A program made the translations under genes and the position numbers. Of a stretch of DNA of 64,000 nt, positions 27,481 through 40,359 are shown piece after piece. How positions within the stretch are numbered: position 1 is the first letter of the stretch; each line of letters opens with the position of its first letter. The stretch is taken from contig OX597815.1 of assembly GCA_951406725.2 (NCBI GenBank), positions 121,024,001 through 121,088,000 on the forward strand. Direction: 5' to 3'. The notes below the pieces were generated by a model. That model ran no database searches. It was not told where the DNA came from and saw only the letters and a list, made by a program, of their open reading frames with translations. Source of the DNA: Octopus vulgaris (lineage: Eukaryota).

Positions 27481-28004
27481 AGTGTTTTAATGTTCACTTT
27501 GCATGCTTGCATGGGTCAGAATTCATCAAGGCAGATTTTTATTTTACACCCAGCTTCCCTTCCCATCTCCAACCCTTACCTGTTTCCAATGCTAGGCAAT
27601 ATATTTCCCCTTGGCTGGACATGTTTTGTATTTATTTTTCTTTTTGTTTTTTTAATTTTTCTTCTTTGCAGAAAAATGGAATCAAAGGACATATACGATG
27701 GTGCTGTACACCATGGTGTAACCAATAAGAAAAAATAAAGATTTCACCGAAGAAAATGGAAGACAGTTTTAAAGTATTCTTCTTTGATATTAGAAGTAAA
27801 ATGACTAAAGTAAATGAAGACCTCTTCATGGTTCATGACTTATATTTGGTTTTGCTCGCATCTTCTTCATGTTACATTATGATATCTTCTGATGGGTTTT
27901 TTTTTATGAAAGGCCTATATAACTACATTTTGCTTTTACTGTATAAAAAAGATCTTTTGTTTTATCATCTTTTTTATTAATTTATTTATTCAATTATCAG
28001 TGCT

Positions 28005-28315
28005 GGCATGGCAGTGTGGTTAAGAAGTTTGAAGAAGCTCGTTTCTCAATCATGTGGTATTGGGTTCAGTCCTACCATATGGCACCTTGGATGAGTGTTT
28101 TCTACTATAGCTTGAGATTAACCAAAACCTTGGCTGCTTCCCACCCAGCCACAAGTGTGGTTGGGTGGTAAGAAGTTTGCTTTCCAACCATGTGCTTTCA
28201 GGTTCAGTCCTATTGCATGATACCTGGGGCAAATGTCTTCTACTACAGCCTTGGGCTTACCAAAGCCTTGTGAGTGGATTTGATAGATGGAAACTGAAAG
28301 AAACCCATCATGTGT

Positions 28316-28375
<60 letters not shown>

Positions 28376-28490
28376 GTGTGTGTGTTTGTGTGTGTGTATG
28401 AGACTGTGTTTGTCCACTAATATTGCTTGACAACTGGTGTTGGTGTGTTTACATCTTTGTAACTTAGCAATTCAGCAAAAGAAAAGAATA
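28005..28490 (+). mobile_element. SINE (main family) with duplicated head
   Basis: Two successive heads (28005-28130, 28150-28310), then (TG)n and a partial 3' half. Confidence 0.7.
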
Positions 28491-28519
28491 CTTACATTAT
28501 TTATATTACATTATCAGAA

Positions 28520-28970
28520 TTCTGAAGCAATTTCTCTTTGGCCAATTCCTAACAGGAAGGTCAGTTGGCTAGCCACTCTTGTGCTTCAAAGACAAACTAA
28601 AAGACAATCTGAAATGATGCAACATTCCCTTTCCATCCTGGGAAAACAAAGCATCAGAAAGCAAGACCTGGCACCTGTCCTTGCTTCTACTCAGTTCAAA
28701 GATTTGAGCAAAGTCAACTCCAACATCAGGACCAATTTCGTGCAAGCATGAAGGAATGCTGGCAAAATGCTGCTCTTCTAAATAGAAACCTTACTTGTTG
28801 TGGTTTTGTGGCACGAAGCAAAGCAGGCCTTGCTGTCTACTCAAGAAAAAACATGGTAAATGATCCACAAACACTCAAGAAAACTCAGTCCTCAACTTGT
28901 TCCATTTGTAAAAAGGTCTGCAAGGAACCAACGGGCCTCAAGAGAGATATCCGTGTCCACAGAACATGGT
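28520..28970 (+). pseudogene. Decayed RTE/BovB-like LINE C-terminus with C2H2-like fingers
   Basis: FKDKLKDNLK.CNIP...SWENKASE.KTW, CGFVARSKAGL and CSICKKVCKEPTGLKRDIRVHR. Confidence 0.6.
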
Positions 28971-29023
28971 TAATGCTTTATTTTACTGAATCCTCATTTG
29001 ATGTTCCCAACAAGAGAATACAC

Positions 29024-29056
<33 letters not shown>

Positions 29057-30859
29057 TTTTGTTCATCATGTACAAGCACATGTGCATTCATCTTTATTTT
29101 ATTTATTTCATTGAATTTTAGGAAAACTTATTTTGTATGTGACTTTTAGCTCACCCTACACACGTGTGTGTGTGTGTGTTTGCAACTGTCTGTCTTCACA
29201 TCACATAATACATGTAAATAAACTGCATCATCACAGATGTTCCTCAGTTCAATTCCTCTGTGAATATATATTGAACCATTGGGAAATATTAACCCTACAT
29301 GGAAACAAGTGAAAGGAGAGGACAAGAAGGACACCCACCTGGAGAAAATCTACGTTAATGAATTCCATCTGACCCATGAAAGCATGGAAAAGCAAACATT
29401 AAAAGAATGGTCGTAGTTTTGGTGGTGGTGACGGCTGTGGTGGATGTAGTGGCAATAGTTGTGGCGGTGAAGATAATGTTGATGATGATGATGATAATGA
29501 TGATGATGATGATGATGATGGTAGTGAAGGTCAGCAGTGGGGGGATAGTGGTGGTAGCACTGGTGGTGATGGTAGAGGTGATGGTAATGATAATGATGAT
29601 GATGGTGGTGATGATAATGATGATGATGAGGATGATGATGGTAGTGGTTGTTGGCCGGGAGGAGTGGTGGTAGCACTGGTGGTGATGGTGTTGATGTTGA
29701 TGATGAAGAGAAGGAGAAAGAGGGGGAGGAGGTTAGTGGTGGTTGACAGGTGGTAGTGTGGTGGTAGCACCAGTGGTGATGGTAGTGGTGGTGGTAATGA
29801 TGACGATGATAATGATGATGACGGTAGTGGTTGTTGGTGGGGAGAAGTGACGGTAGCACTGGCGGTGATGGCGGTGGTGGTGGTAATGATGATGATGATG
29901 ATGATATGGAGGATGGTAGTGGTGGTTGACGGGGAAGGGGGTATGGTGGTAGCACTGGTGGTGATGGTAGTGGTGGTAGTAAGGACGACAATGATGATGA
30001 TGATGATGATGGTGATAAATTATGGCCCCAATAAATCAAGCGATACAGAAGTGTATGGATACAAAGACGAAAATAATGAGGATGTATTTCAGGTATAATA
30101 TTCTTTTATAAACTTCACTGATTAGACAAGAGCCATGGTGTGGCACCACCTGAAATGATTTAGTTGACTCTATCGATCCCAGTACATATTTTTGTCTACT
30201 AATCATTATGTCAATCTTTATTTGTTGAACTGATAAGTTATGAGACATAAACAGACATAACATAAATAACCGTAGTTTTGAGATCAACGGAATGTTAAGA
30301 CAGATGCACACATACATATATGTACATACACACACACTTGAGTGTGCGTATGTGTGCGTCCGTGCATGTGTGTGTCTGTCTGTTTGTCTCTATATAACAG
30401 TAAGCTCAAAACTGGTGTTGCTTATGTTATTTTTGTTTACGTCTCATGTATACATATATATCATCATCATCATTATCACCATCATCATCATCATCATCAT
30501 CACCATCATCATCATAATCACCGTCGTCATCCTCCTCCTCCTCATCATCATCATCATCATCGTCGTCATCATCTTCATGCAAGAATAATATGGTCTGGTG
30601 AGCTGCAGGGCTGTAACTATCTTCAATGTCATCAACACAGCTCTGCAGCTTGCTAGTTCCCTGTCAAGCCGTCCTACCCATACCAGCATAGACAGTGAAC
30701 GTTAAATGATGGAGATGACGATGATGATGACGACAATGACGACGACAATGATGATGATGATGATAAGGAGGATATGTATATATGTATGAGATAGATAAGT
30801 ATGTAAATAAGTATATACATGTGTGTGTGTGTGTGTGTATGCATATATCATCATCATCT

Positions 30860-31110
30860 TCATCATCATCGTTTAACATCCGTTTTCCATGCTAGCATGG
30901 GTTGGACGATTTGACTGAGGACTGGTGAACCAGATGGCTGCACCAGGCTCCAATCTTGATCTGGCAGTTTTTACAGCTGGATGCCCTATAGGTTCTAGGT
31001 TCAGTCCCACTGCATGGCACTTTGGACAAGTGTCCTCTACTATTACCTCGGGCCAATCAAACCCTTGTGAGTGGATTTGGTTGACGGAATCTGAAAAGAA
31101 GCCTGTCAAT
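30860..31110. mobile_element. RTE 3' terminus (-) abutting a SINE 5' fragment (+)
   Basis: gtttaacatccgttttccatgctagcatgggttggac...gatgccct, then ggttcagtcccactgcatggcac. Confidence 0.7.
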
Positions 31111-31117
31111 ATATATA

Positions 31118-32400
31118 CAAGGGAGAGTCAAAAATTATACACACTCTTGTTTTTCCAATGTATTTACACAAAAACAGCAGACAAACAAGTACATCCTTTT
31201 TCCATATAGTCTCCTTCTGTTTTGATGCTCTTGGTACAATGGTTCACAAGCTTTCAAATTCCCTCCAAGAAGAAGATTTTTGGTTGGTTGTGCAACCATT
31301 TATGTACCGCTTCCTTTGCATCTTCATCTGTAGGAAATTGACGACCACATAAACCATCTTTGAGCAGTCCAAAGATATGATAGTCAGAAGAGGCAAGATC
31401 TGGGTTGTAGGCAGGCTGTTCAAGTGCCTCAAAACCCAATTGGTTTATGGTTTCAACGGTCTGGGTGGTCATGTGTGGGCATGTACTGTCATGCAACAGC
31501 CAAACTTTCTTTGATAACAGCTTTTGGCATTTGGTGTGAATTGCTGGCTTCAGTTTGTTGGCCAGCAAAGCACTATATCTTGCACTGTTGATCATACACC
31601 CCTTTTCCAAGTAGTCTTCCAGTATAGGCCCTTTTGAGTCCCAAAAATGGTTAGCATCACCTTTTCTGCAAAAGACTAAGCCTTCAATTTCTTAATCGCT
31701 GGTGAGCCAGTCTTTTGGATTCTGCCTCAAAATGATGGGCCCATGTTTCATCTCCTGTGACTATTCTGCTCAAAAATTCCTCGCCCTCATTGTTATAGCA
31801 ATTGAGTAAACATTGGCAGACTTCAAGATGTTTGCACTTGTGCCCTGCAGTAAGCTCTGTTGGCACCCATCTTGCCCAGACTTTATGTAAGCCAAGCTCA
31901 TTGTAGATGATTTGATTGAGAGAACCATGACTAATCTGCAGAGAATGAGCTACCTCATCGATAAATCGCTGGTTCACCATTACCTCTCTCAAGCTTGCTG
32001 AATTTCTCATCAGTGGTGGAGGGTGGTGGACGTCCTGTTCCCTTTTTGTGTGTCACACTTGCCTGGCCACTTTTAAACTTCTCAATCCACTCATACACAC
32101 TTCTATGCAGCAGTACACTGTCCCCATATTCTGCTCAAATCTGCCAATGAATTTCAGCACCTGACACACCTTCCGACCAGAGAAATTAGATCACTGCTCT
32201 TTGTTCTTCTTTGGTGCACATTGATAGCAGAGCAGCCATGCTTACACTGTAAAGACAGAAAGAAAAATGGTGTGATCGGGCTCAAATTTTGATCACATTA
32301 CCACAATAGTGCCAACTATAAGCACACATGCACAGAAAGCAGTGTGATAATAATAAAGATATGTTATGGTGAAAGTGTGGATAGTTTTTTACTTCCCTCA
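31118..32400 (-). mobile_element. Mariner (DD34D) transposon, decayed, with TIRs
   Basis: ARWVPTEL, SRIVTGDETWAHH, LLHDSTCPH, YNPDLASSDY; imperfect TIRs caagggagagtcaaaaattatacacact / agtgtggatagttttttacttccctca, flanked by TA. Confidence 0.9.
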
Positions 32401-32419
32401 TATATACATATGTATATTA

Positions 32420-32935
32420 ATGTGCATGTGTTTGCATGTGTGTTTGTCCCCCCCCACCACTATCACACTATTGCTTGACAACAGGTGTTGGTGTACTTAT
32501 GTTCCTGTAACCTAGCTGTTCAGGAAAAGAGACTGATAGAATAAGTACCAGGTTTACCAAGAATAAGTCCTGGAGTTGGTTTCTCGGACTAAAAACTGGT
32601 GCTCCAGCATGGCCACAGTCAAATGACTGAAACAAGTAAAAGAATGAAAGAATATACAGATGCATGTGCATGTGTGTGCTTGTGTGTGTATGTATATATA
32701 TATATATATATATACATATATATATGTATGTATGTGTGTCTCCAGCATCACTTGACAACTGATGCTGGTGTGTTTACATCCCTGTAACTTAGCGGTTCAG
32801 CAAAAGGGACCAATAGAATAAGTACTAGGCTTACAAAGAATAAGCCCTGGGGTCAATTTGCTCGACTAAAGGTGGTGCTCCAGCATGGCTGCAGTCAAAA
32901 TGACTAAAACAAGTAAAAGACTAAAGAGTAAAGAG
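32420..32935 (+). mobile_element. Two tandem 3' halves of the main SINE
   Basis: cttgacaac...gatagaataagtac...gctccagcatggc...gtcaaatgactgaaacaagtaaaaga occurs twice. Confidence 0.8.
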
Positions 32936-33034
32936 TATATATATATATATATATAAATATATAAGACCTTCTATCTATAAATGTTCTAATATCTACACAT
33001 CCTTGGTTTTTTATCTCATTAGACAAAAAATTCT

Positions 33035-33074
<40 letters not shown>

Positions 33075-33459
33075 TGTATGCATGTATGTATGTATATAAA
33101 ACAGATAAGAGAAGTACAATGAGAGAACAGGTGTTTATTCTCTTCATTTACAGCCATTTCATAAGCTTTAGTTATGTAATAAATTGTACATCAACATTTG
33201 CATGTATATAAAATATACATAACAATATTTACTTATATATAATATATGATTTACTCACTGCTAGATTTAGGACAAATGAATCCCTGTGCTAGTTAAATTA
33301 TGAGGTCTCTTACGTGGGCAGTCAGGCATACATGCTCCGGAAATTCATTGTAAAATATTTGGTGGGCAGGAAGATGCCCCATTACCCCACCAGTTAATGC
33401 GGCCCTGTGCTTAAGCACACCTAAGCACAATGGTAAATCTGGCATTGGATGTACTTACT

Positions 33460-33840
33460 GTATACAGTGCTCAGGTGCACTACAAGTTGTCAGAAAAGGT
33501 AGCCAAGTATTCATGAACAGTACGTAGGGTAATGTGCTATTTATGACAAGACAGTAAACAGTGAATGAGTCATGAAAAATACTGGAGAATCAGATGTACT
33601 GTTGGTGAATTTGGGGAAACATGGAAGTTTGAAGGAGGTTGCGACCTGATAGCTAACAACTAATGAGAGTAGTTTATTCTATGCTTCAGCAATCATGAGC
33701 ATGAAAAAACGTGTTTGTGAAAGTCACGGGTGTTGTACTGTTTTCTGATTTGTAAGCATGTCCACAGGTGTTAGAGATATGTAATTAAAAAAAAGTGTGT
33801 AAGTTTGTTGCTGGAAATATGGTGGATAGTCTTGTGGGTA
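33460..33840 (-). mobile_element. CR1-clade LINE 3' end remnant
   Basis: Minus translation near 33770-33650 gives GHAYKS/IRKQYNTRDFHKHVFS, resembling the CR1 TRGH..K...RK.FFS.RV...WN.LP terminus. Confidence 0.55.
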
Positions 33841-33882
33841 TTATATGTATAAATATATGAGCATATGTACAGCCATATATGT

Positions 33883-34041
33883 AAGGGTGCTGAGAAGGAA
33901 ACTTATAAAGTAATATTCAGAATGGTTCATGGTAGTCAAAAGTATCAATTCATGAGTTGATGTTTTCAGCTACCATGGATTGTTTGACTAACAATAATTT
34001 TTATGATAGATTAATCTGTTAGTTTCCTTCTCAGCATCCTT
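33883..34041. mobile_element. Small MITE-like element with 21-bp TIRs
   Basis: aagggtgctgagaaggaaact versus agtttccttctcagcatcctt (one mismatch). Confidence 0.6.
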
Positions 34042-34072
34042 GAATATATAGGGGTATACATATGCACATATG

Positions 34073-34141
<69 letters not shown>

Positions 34142-34148
<7 letters not shown>

Positions 34149-34366
34149 GAAAAACACCACCTTATATCAATTCAAAATGAACAATTAAATTACACCATCT
34201 AGAAACTTACATATAATAGAAATATTAAAATTAAAATAACAATAAAATGTCAATGATTAAGTAAATTGCAAAACAATAAAAATATTTCTATTATATGTAA
34301 TTTTCTAGATGGTGTAATTTAATTGTTCATTTTGAATTGATATAAGGTGGGGTTTTTTCTAATTTT
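34142..34366. repeat. Near-perfect palindrome (about 85-bp arms, 54-bp spacer) in a (TA)n-embedded element
   Basis: 34142-34226 is the reverse complement of 34281-34366 with about three differences. Confidence 0.9.
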
Positions 34367-34462
34367 TTCTATATATATTATATTGTGTGAAATTAGATTT
34401 AGTATTTCTAAATTGAATTTTTTCCTTGTAAGTTTTGAATTTTATTCCCTTAAATAATAATA

Positions 34463-34513
<51 letters not shown>

Positions 34514-34626
34514 TATATATATACATATATATATTGTGTAAGATATAAGTTAGAGGTAACGTAACCCTCCACAGGCACTCCTATTTTTCTTTCTATTTTT
34601 CCTTCTATTTATCTTTGTCGGATAAT

Positions 34627-34705
34627 TGTTCTGAAGATGTTTATCAATTGTAATGAGGTAAATGCAAATCTACCCCATTTTGATAAATAGAAACAGCTGT
34701 AAACA
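34627..34705 (+). ncRNA. Type I hammerhead ribozyme motif with extended stem II
   Basis: tgtt CTGAAGA tgtttatcaa ... ttgataaata GAAAC agct GTA aaca: stem I tgtt/aaca, 10-bp stem II, palindromic stem III ACAGCTGT, GUA cleavage triplet. Confidence 0.8.
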
Positions 34706-35320
34706 TACTCTCATCTTAATTAAATAATGACTTTAAAACACCAATGATCCACCTCTCATTGTTAATTATTGCTCCATTTCTTATAGTCTCTATATATTAA
34801 TATATATATCTATATATATTTATAATATTTATATGCATAGTTTATGAAACAGCTTACCTCTCTTATCTAGTCTATGATGATGATAATGCATTCTCTCTAC
34901 CATTGTATTCCCTGGAATTTTGGAAATGACTGGCAGGTTTATCCAAAACCTAACCATAGTCATTCTTGGTAATCATGCATTTGAAGGAGTGTTTTATGTG
35001 AGAGAGATCTGTTTGGTTCTTTGAATCCTTATTATTACTATGTGTAATGTGTACAGACACATACACTCACACACATACATGTAAATATGTATATATCTGT
35101 GTGTGTGTATACACACATAAAATTACATCAACCAAAGGCTATAGTAAAAAAACACTTGGTTAAGATGGTGTGCAGTAGTATTGAGCATCAGATCCACCAG
35201 CCCCACAAAGTTGCACACATTTGTTTCAACCACTCTACACCGATATCTGTAAATATCTTTCAATGTCTCTAAATACTGATAGCTTTCTCAGCTTCATTGA
35301 GTTCTGTCCATCATACAAAT

Positions 35321-35397
<77 letters not shown>

Positions 35398-35580
35398 ATA
35401 GATTGATAGATCAATAGACAGACAGGCAGGCAGGTAGGTAGGTATGTATGTATGTAGGTAGGTAGGTAGGTAGGTAGGTAATGGATGGATAGATAGCTAA
35501 GTAGATAGAAGATAGATAAATTTTATATATATATATATATATACATACATACACATATACATACATATATGTATATATGC

Positions 35581-35649
<69 letters not shown>

Positions 35650-36428
35650 TGTATGTATGTATGTATGTATGTATGTATGTATGTATGTATGTATGTATGC
35701 ATGCATGCAAGCATATACATATATAGCTGATTGTACACTCCTAATTCTGTACCATATTTTTTCAATTTCATGCTGTATCACACTGAAATCCTATAAAGAG
35801 ATGTTACTGCCAGTCAATACTAATCTACCGACTAGAATATTAACATGCTCTGACTTTGAGAATCCTACAGCAGTCCTCCTCTTGCTCCAATAAATCCTAA
35901 TCATCAATCAATGCCCCAGTTCACCAATATTTAAGGAGAAAGTTACTATTTCTTCACACGCTGTACTCATAGTATATAATCTGCAGTGTACATTTCTTTT
36001 TATTTCTTTACTTCTTGAGTTTTTAAAAATAGTTTATTTAGCTGAGAGCACAGCTCATCTAATTTCTCGTTGCAATTTATTCCTGTTAACACATATTGGT
36101 GTATATGGAAACAGCAGTATAAAATATGATAAATTATATAACTCGACACACATACACAGACAGACAGACACATACACACACATATGCACATATACAGACA
36201 CAAACACACACATATCCATAAGTACATGCATACAAAATCACTTTAATGTTTCTTTTTATCTCTCTTTTTCCTGCTGGCCTGATTGAAATGGTTTCTTAAA
36301 TCTTGCTATTTGTATACACCATTCCAACACTACGCATTCAACTATGAAATGAAACTTGTATCAATTTTTATCAATATACAAATAAAGACACATAGACTAA
36401 ACTAACATACCTTTATCTAAACTTCTAG

Positions 36429-37230
36429 AATTTGAACATATAACCTTCCAGCCAGAAGTTAGCATTTCTATCCAACTATTTTTTTCCCTCACTTCAGTCC
36501 TGAAGGAAGGGGCAGCCCACATACTCCTTTATAGCATCAGGATCTCTAAGACTATTGAAAGGGAGCAAGGGAAGTTGTGCTAAGTCTAGAGATATTGCAA
36601 CAGTATGGACACCACTAGAAAAAGGGTAAAGAACTAGTCAGTCATGAATGACCATGGGATTGCACCTAGAAAGTTTCTCTCCAGGGCACATGAGCAAGGT
36701 TGCTTATGGAAGACCAGCAGTCACCCATGCATACCAGCCTCCCCTCTCTATACCACTGATGTTATCCACGGGCAAGGCAAAGGCTGATACAGCTTTGCAC
36801 CAGTGACATCACAACTCATTTCTACAGTTGAGTGAACATGGAGCAACATGAAATAAAGTTTCTTGCTCAAGAACACAACCCACAGCCCGGTCCAGCAATC
36901 AAACTCACTACTTCCTGATTGTGAGCCTGACACTCTAACCACTGAGCCATGCACCATCTACTAAAAGCGCCCAATAATGCTTGATGGTGATGATGCTAAA
37001 TTGAGCAATGAATTTGAAGATGTAACCTAGTTAGAAGTCAGCATTTCTGTCTACCTAATTTCCTTCTTTTTTTTTTTTCCTACAGTTCAATCCAGAAGGA
37101 AGGGGCAGCTCACATGACCTTTTATAGTTTGAGATTAGTGGAAGGGAGTGAGGGAAGAAGTTGTCCTAAGATCAAGTCTCAATGTTTGCAACATCATCAA
37201 CTATACTAAAGGTACCCAAAATGCTGGATC
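36429..37230 (+). repeat. Old tandem duplication (about 36429-36602 and 37010-37192) separated by a SINE
   Basis: aatttgaa.at.taacct...agaagt.agcatttct...gaaggaaggggcagc.cacat...gggaag..gttgt.ctaag...ttgcaaca occurs twice. Confidence 0.65.
36640..36955 (-). mobile_element. tRNA-derived SINE (second family)
   Basis: Minus head gcatggctcagtggttagagtg...gagtttgattgc; body matches 37427-37768. Confidence 0.8.
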
Positions 37231-37910
37231 ATGGTTTCTCAACCATTTTTTTTTATCAAAGGACCCCTTTCATTACTATAACCATTCAATGTTCAAAAAC
37301 TAGTTTTATAGAAACTTCTTTCAAAATTCCATTTTTTCCCCCCACATATTGACTTGTGTAGGTTGAACTATGTAAAGCATTAGAGAAAGAAACCTAGCTG
37401 TTTCTTGCAATACATACCAATGCATACATGTTGAGACCCCCTTTGATCATGACTGACCATGGGATTGCATCTAGAAAGTTACTCTCCCAGGCACAAGTCC
37501 AGGCAAGGTGGTTTATGGAAGACCAGCAGTCGCCCATGAACACTGGCCTTCCCTCTCCATGCCACCAGTGTTATCCAAGAGAAAGGCAAAGGCCGATACA
37601 GCTTGGCACCTGTGACGTCACAACTCGTTTCTACAGCTGAGTGAACTGGAGCAACATGAAATAAAGTGTCTTGCTCAAGAACACAACACGCAGCCCAAAC
37701 CAGGATTCGAACTCACAACCTCACAATCGTAAGCTCGACACTCTAACTACAGAGCCATGTGCCTTCACAATACATACATGCAAAGCAAAATATTTTCTGG
37801 GGTTGTTATAATATTATTGTAGATCCTTAATTTACTATTTTGTTGCGTGAGCCCCAAAAAATCTTATATGGAGCCCCTGGGACCATATGAACCCCAGTTG
37901 AGAACCACTG
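37230..37910. mobile_element. hAT-like MITE interrupted by a SINE
   Basis: Termini catggtttctcaacc and gttgagaaccactg, similar to CAGTGGTTCTCAA-type hAT TIRs. Confidence 0.55.
37430..37768 (-). mobile_element. tRNA-derived SINE (second family) with probable TSD
   Basis: Minus head with B-box-like gagttcgaatcc; flanked by aatgcatacatg / aatacatacatg. Confidence 0.85.
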
Positions 37911-38169
37911 TGCTAGATAGTGAAGATAAACTGGACAGTGTATTGAGTCTACCACACAAGGCTAAAAAAATACCACAACCATTCTTATCTGACCCCCTGA
38001 CAATTCCACCAATCAGCCACACGGATGGATATTTTATTGGCCTTTAAGTGCGCAAGTGAAATATGCTTTGGAGCTGCAAACCCACCACCAAAATTTTTTT
38101 ACACACAAGATTGATTTTTCCAATCTTAATATCAAAACAAATGCAAGTAAAATGATAATTATCATTATT

Positions 38170-38380
38170 AAATTTGTGCATTGGATGAAATGCCTAGTAG
38201 TATTTTACTCGTTGCTACATTCTGAGTTCAAATTCCACTGAGGTCAACTTTGCCCTTCATCCTTTCAGGGTTGAGGAAATAAGTACCAGTTGAACACTGA
38301 GGTCAATGTATTCAACTCCACCATCCATCCCCCACCCCAAATTTCAGACCTTGTGCCTATAAAGGAAAGGGTTATTATAT
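38170..38380 (+). mobile_element. Nin/Deu-domain-like SINE
   Basis: gaggtcaactttgcccttcatcctttcaggggttgaggaaataagtaccag resembles the Nin/Deu SINE domain as I recall it. Confidence 0.55.
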
Positions 38381-38689
38381 TTGTGCATCTATCAAATCAG
38401 ATAAATCCAATAAAGGAAAAATGAGGTTTCAAATCAGTCCAAATGTATTTCTAAAGTTGTTTATTTTGGTGATGACATTTCTGAGGAGGATATTCCTGAA
38501 TCTGTGTATCAACTCTGAAAGAATAAAGGGAAAAGCTAACATTGGCACTATTTGAACTTGGAATGCAGAGAACTTACACAAATACCACAAGACTTATCAT
38601 CATATGAGCCAATGACTCAGCTTATTCACTACCTGCTGACACTGTCTTTAAAAGATTGTTGGGAGATTTTGCATATTAATATGCATAAG

Positions 38690-38816
38690 CACAGGCATGG
38701 CTGTGCAGTTAAAAGCTTTCTTTGCAGCCATGTGGTTTCAGGTTCAGTCCCACTGCATGGCACATTAGGCAAATGTTTTCCAGTATAGCTCCAGGTCAAC
38801 TAATATCTTGTGAGTA
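38690..38816 (+). mobile_element. SINE head (main family) cut by the RTE 3'UTR insertion
   Basis: gcacaggcatggctgtgc...ggttcagtcccactgcatggcac...cttgtgagt, then an abrupt switch. Confidence 0.65.
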
Positions 38817-38819
38817 AAC

Positions 38820-40356
38820 TCATGAACATCAATGGAATTTGTATCTTTGTGGTACCAGTGCCTGTGGCACACAAGAAATCCATCCGAACGTGGCCGTAGT
38901 CAGTACCGACTGGCCATCGTGCTGTAGGCACATAACAAACACCATCCGATCGTGGCCGTTCGCCAGCCTCATCTAGCACCTGTGTCGGTGGCACATAAAA
39001 ACACCATCCGAAGACCCCGCAAGACTAGTCAGGCCATAACCTGTGGCCCCTACCTGGGACGTAGTCAGTCCACCTGTGCATACCTTCCTTCTTGTGACAC
39101 TTGTGAAGACCTGTTGAGGCAAGTGAAAATCAAAATCAAATCAAAACAAATCAAATCAAATCAAAACAAATCAAAATAGATGAACATTAATGGAATTTGT
39201 ATCTTTGTGGTACCAGTGCCGGTGGCACACAAGAAAACCATCCGAACGTGGCCGTAGCCAGTACCGCACCGACTGGCCTCCGTGCTGTGGGCACGTAACA
39301 AACACCATCCGATCGTGGCCGTTCACCAGCCTCATCTGGTACCTGTGTCGGTGGCACATAAAATAACTATCCGAAGACCCGGCAAGACTAGTCAGGCCAT
39401 AACCTGTGGCCCCTACCTGGGACGTAGTCAGTCCACCTGTGCATACCTTCCTTCTTGTGACACTTGTGAAGACCTGTTGAGGCAAGTGAAAATCAAAATC
39501 AAATCAAATCAAATCAAAACAAATCAAAATAGATGAACATTAATGGAATTTGTATCTTTGTGGTACCAGTGCCGGTGGCACACAAGAAAACCATCCGAAC
39601 GTGGCCGTAGCCAGTACCGCATCGACTGGCCTCCGTGCTGTGGGCACGTAACAAACACCATCCGATCGTGGCCGATCGCCAGCCTCATCTGGCACCTATG
39701 TCGGTGGCACATAAAAACACCATCCGAAGACCCGGCAAGACTAGTCAGGCCATAACCCGTGGACCTTACCTGGGACGTAGTCAGTCCACCTGTGCTTACC
39801 TTCCTTCTTGTGACACTTGTGAAGACCTGTTGAGGCAAGTGAAAATCAAAACAAATCAAAATAGATGAACATCAATGGAATTTGTATCTTTGTGGTACCA
39901 GTGCCGGTGGCACGTGGCACACAAGAAAACCATCCGAACATGGCCGTAGCCAGTACCGCATCGACTGGCCTCCGTGCTGTGGGCACGTAACAAACACCAT
40001 CCGATCGTGGCCGTTTGCCAGCCTCATCTGGCACCTATGTCGGTGGCACATAAAAACACCATCCGAGCGTGGCCGTCTGCCAGCCTCGTCTGGCACCTGT
40101 GTCGGTGGCACATAAAAAACACCATCCGAGCGTGGCCGTTTGCCAGCCTCGTCTGGCACCTGTGTCGGTGGCACATAAAATCACCCACTACACTCTCGGA
40201 GTGGTTGGCGTTAGGAAGGGCATCCAGCTGTAGAAACACTGCCAGATCTGACTGGACTGGTGCAGCTTTCGGGCTCCCCAGACCCCAGTTGAACCGTCCA
40301 ACCCATGCTAGCATGGAAAGCGGACGTTAAATGATGATGATGATGATGATGATGAT
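38820..40356 (+). mobile_element. RTE 3'UTR-only insertion with three tandem ~330-360-bp units, ~62-bp units and a (GAT)n tail
   Basis: atgaacat.aatggaattt recurs at 38822, 39180, 39533 and 39865; same subfamily as 59102-60330. Confidence 0.9.
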
Positions 40357-40359
40357 ACA

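Larger units (their letters stand above)
26383..30450. repeat. Inverted duplication: arms about 26383-26990 and 29930-30450, leading inward into (CAT/CAC)n tracts
   Basis: ORF track gives the same peptide LNIPLISKLRLFMLCLFMSHNLSV.QIKIDIMISRQKYVLGSIESTKSFQVVPHHGSCLISEVYKRILYL on + (26474) and - (30335). Confidence 0.9.

Noticed and set aside
26474-30039. Long His/Thr/Val/Pro-rich ORFs
   Set aside because: Open in several frames on both strands because of trinucleotide repeats; no coding evidence.
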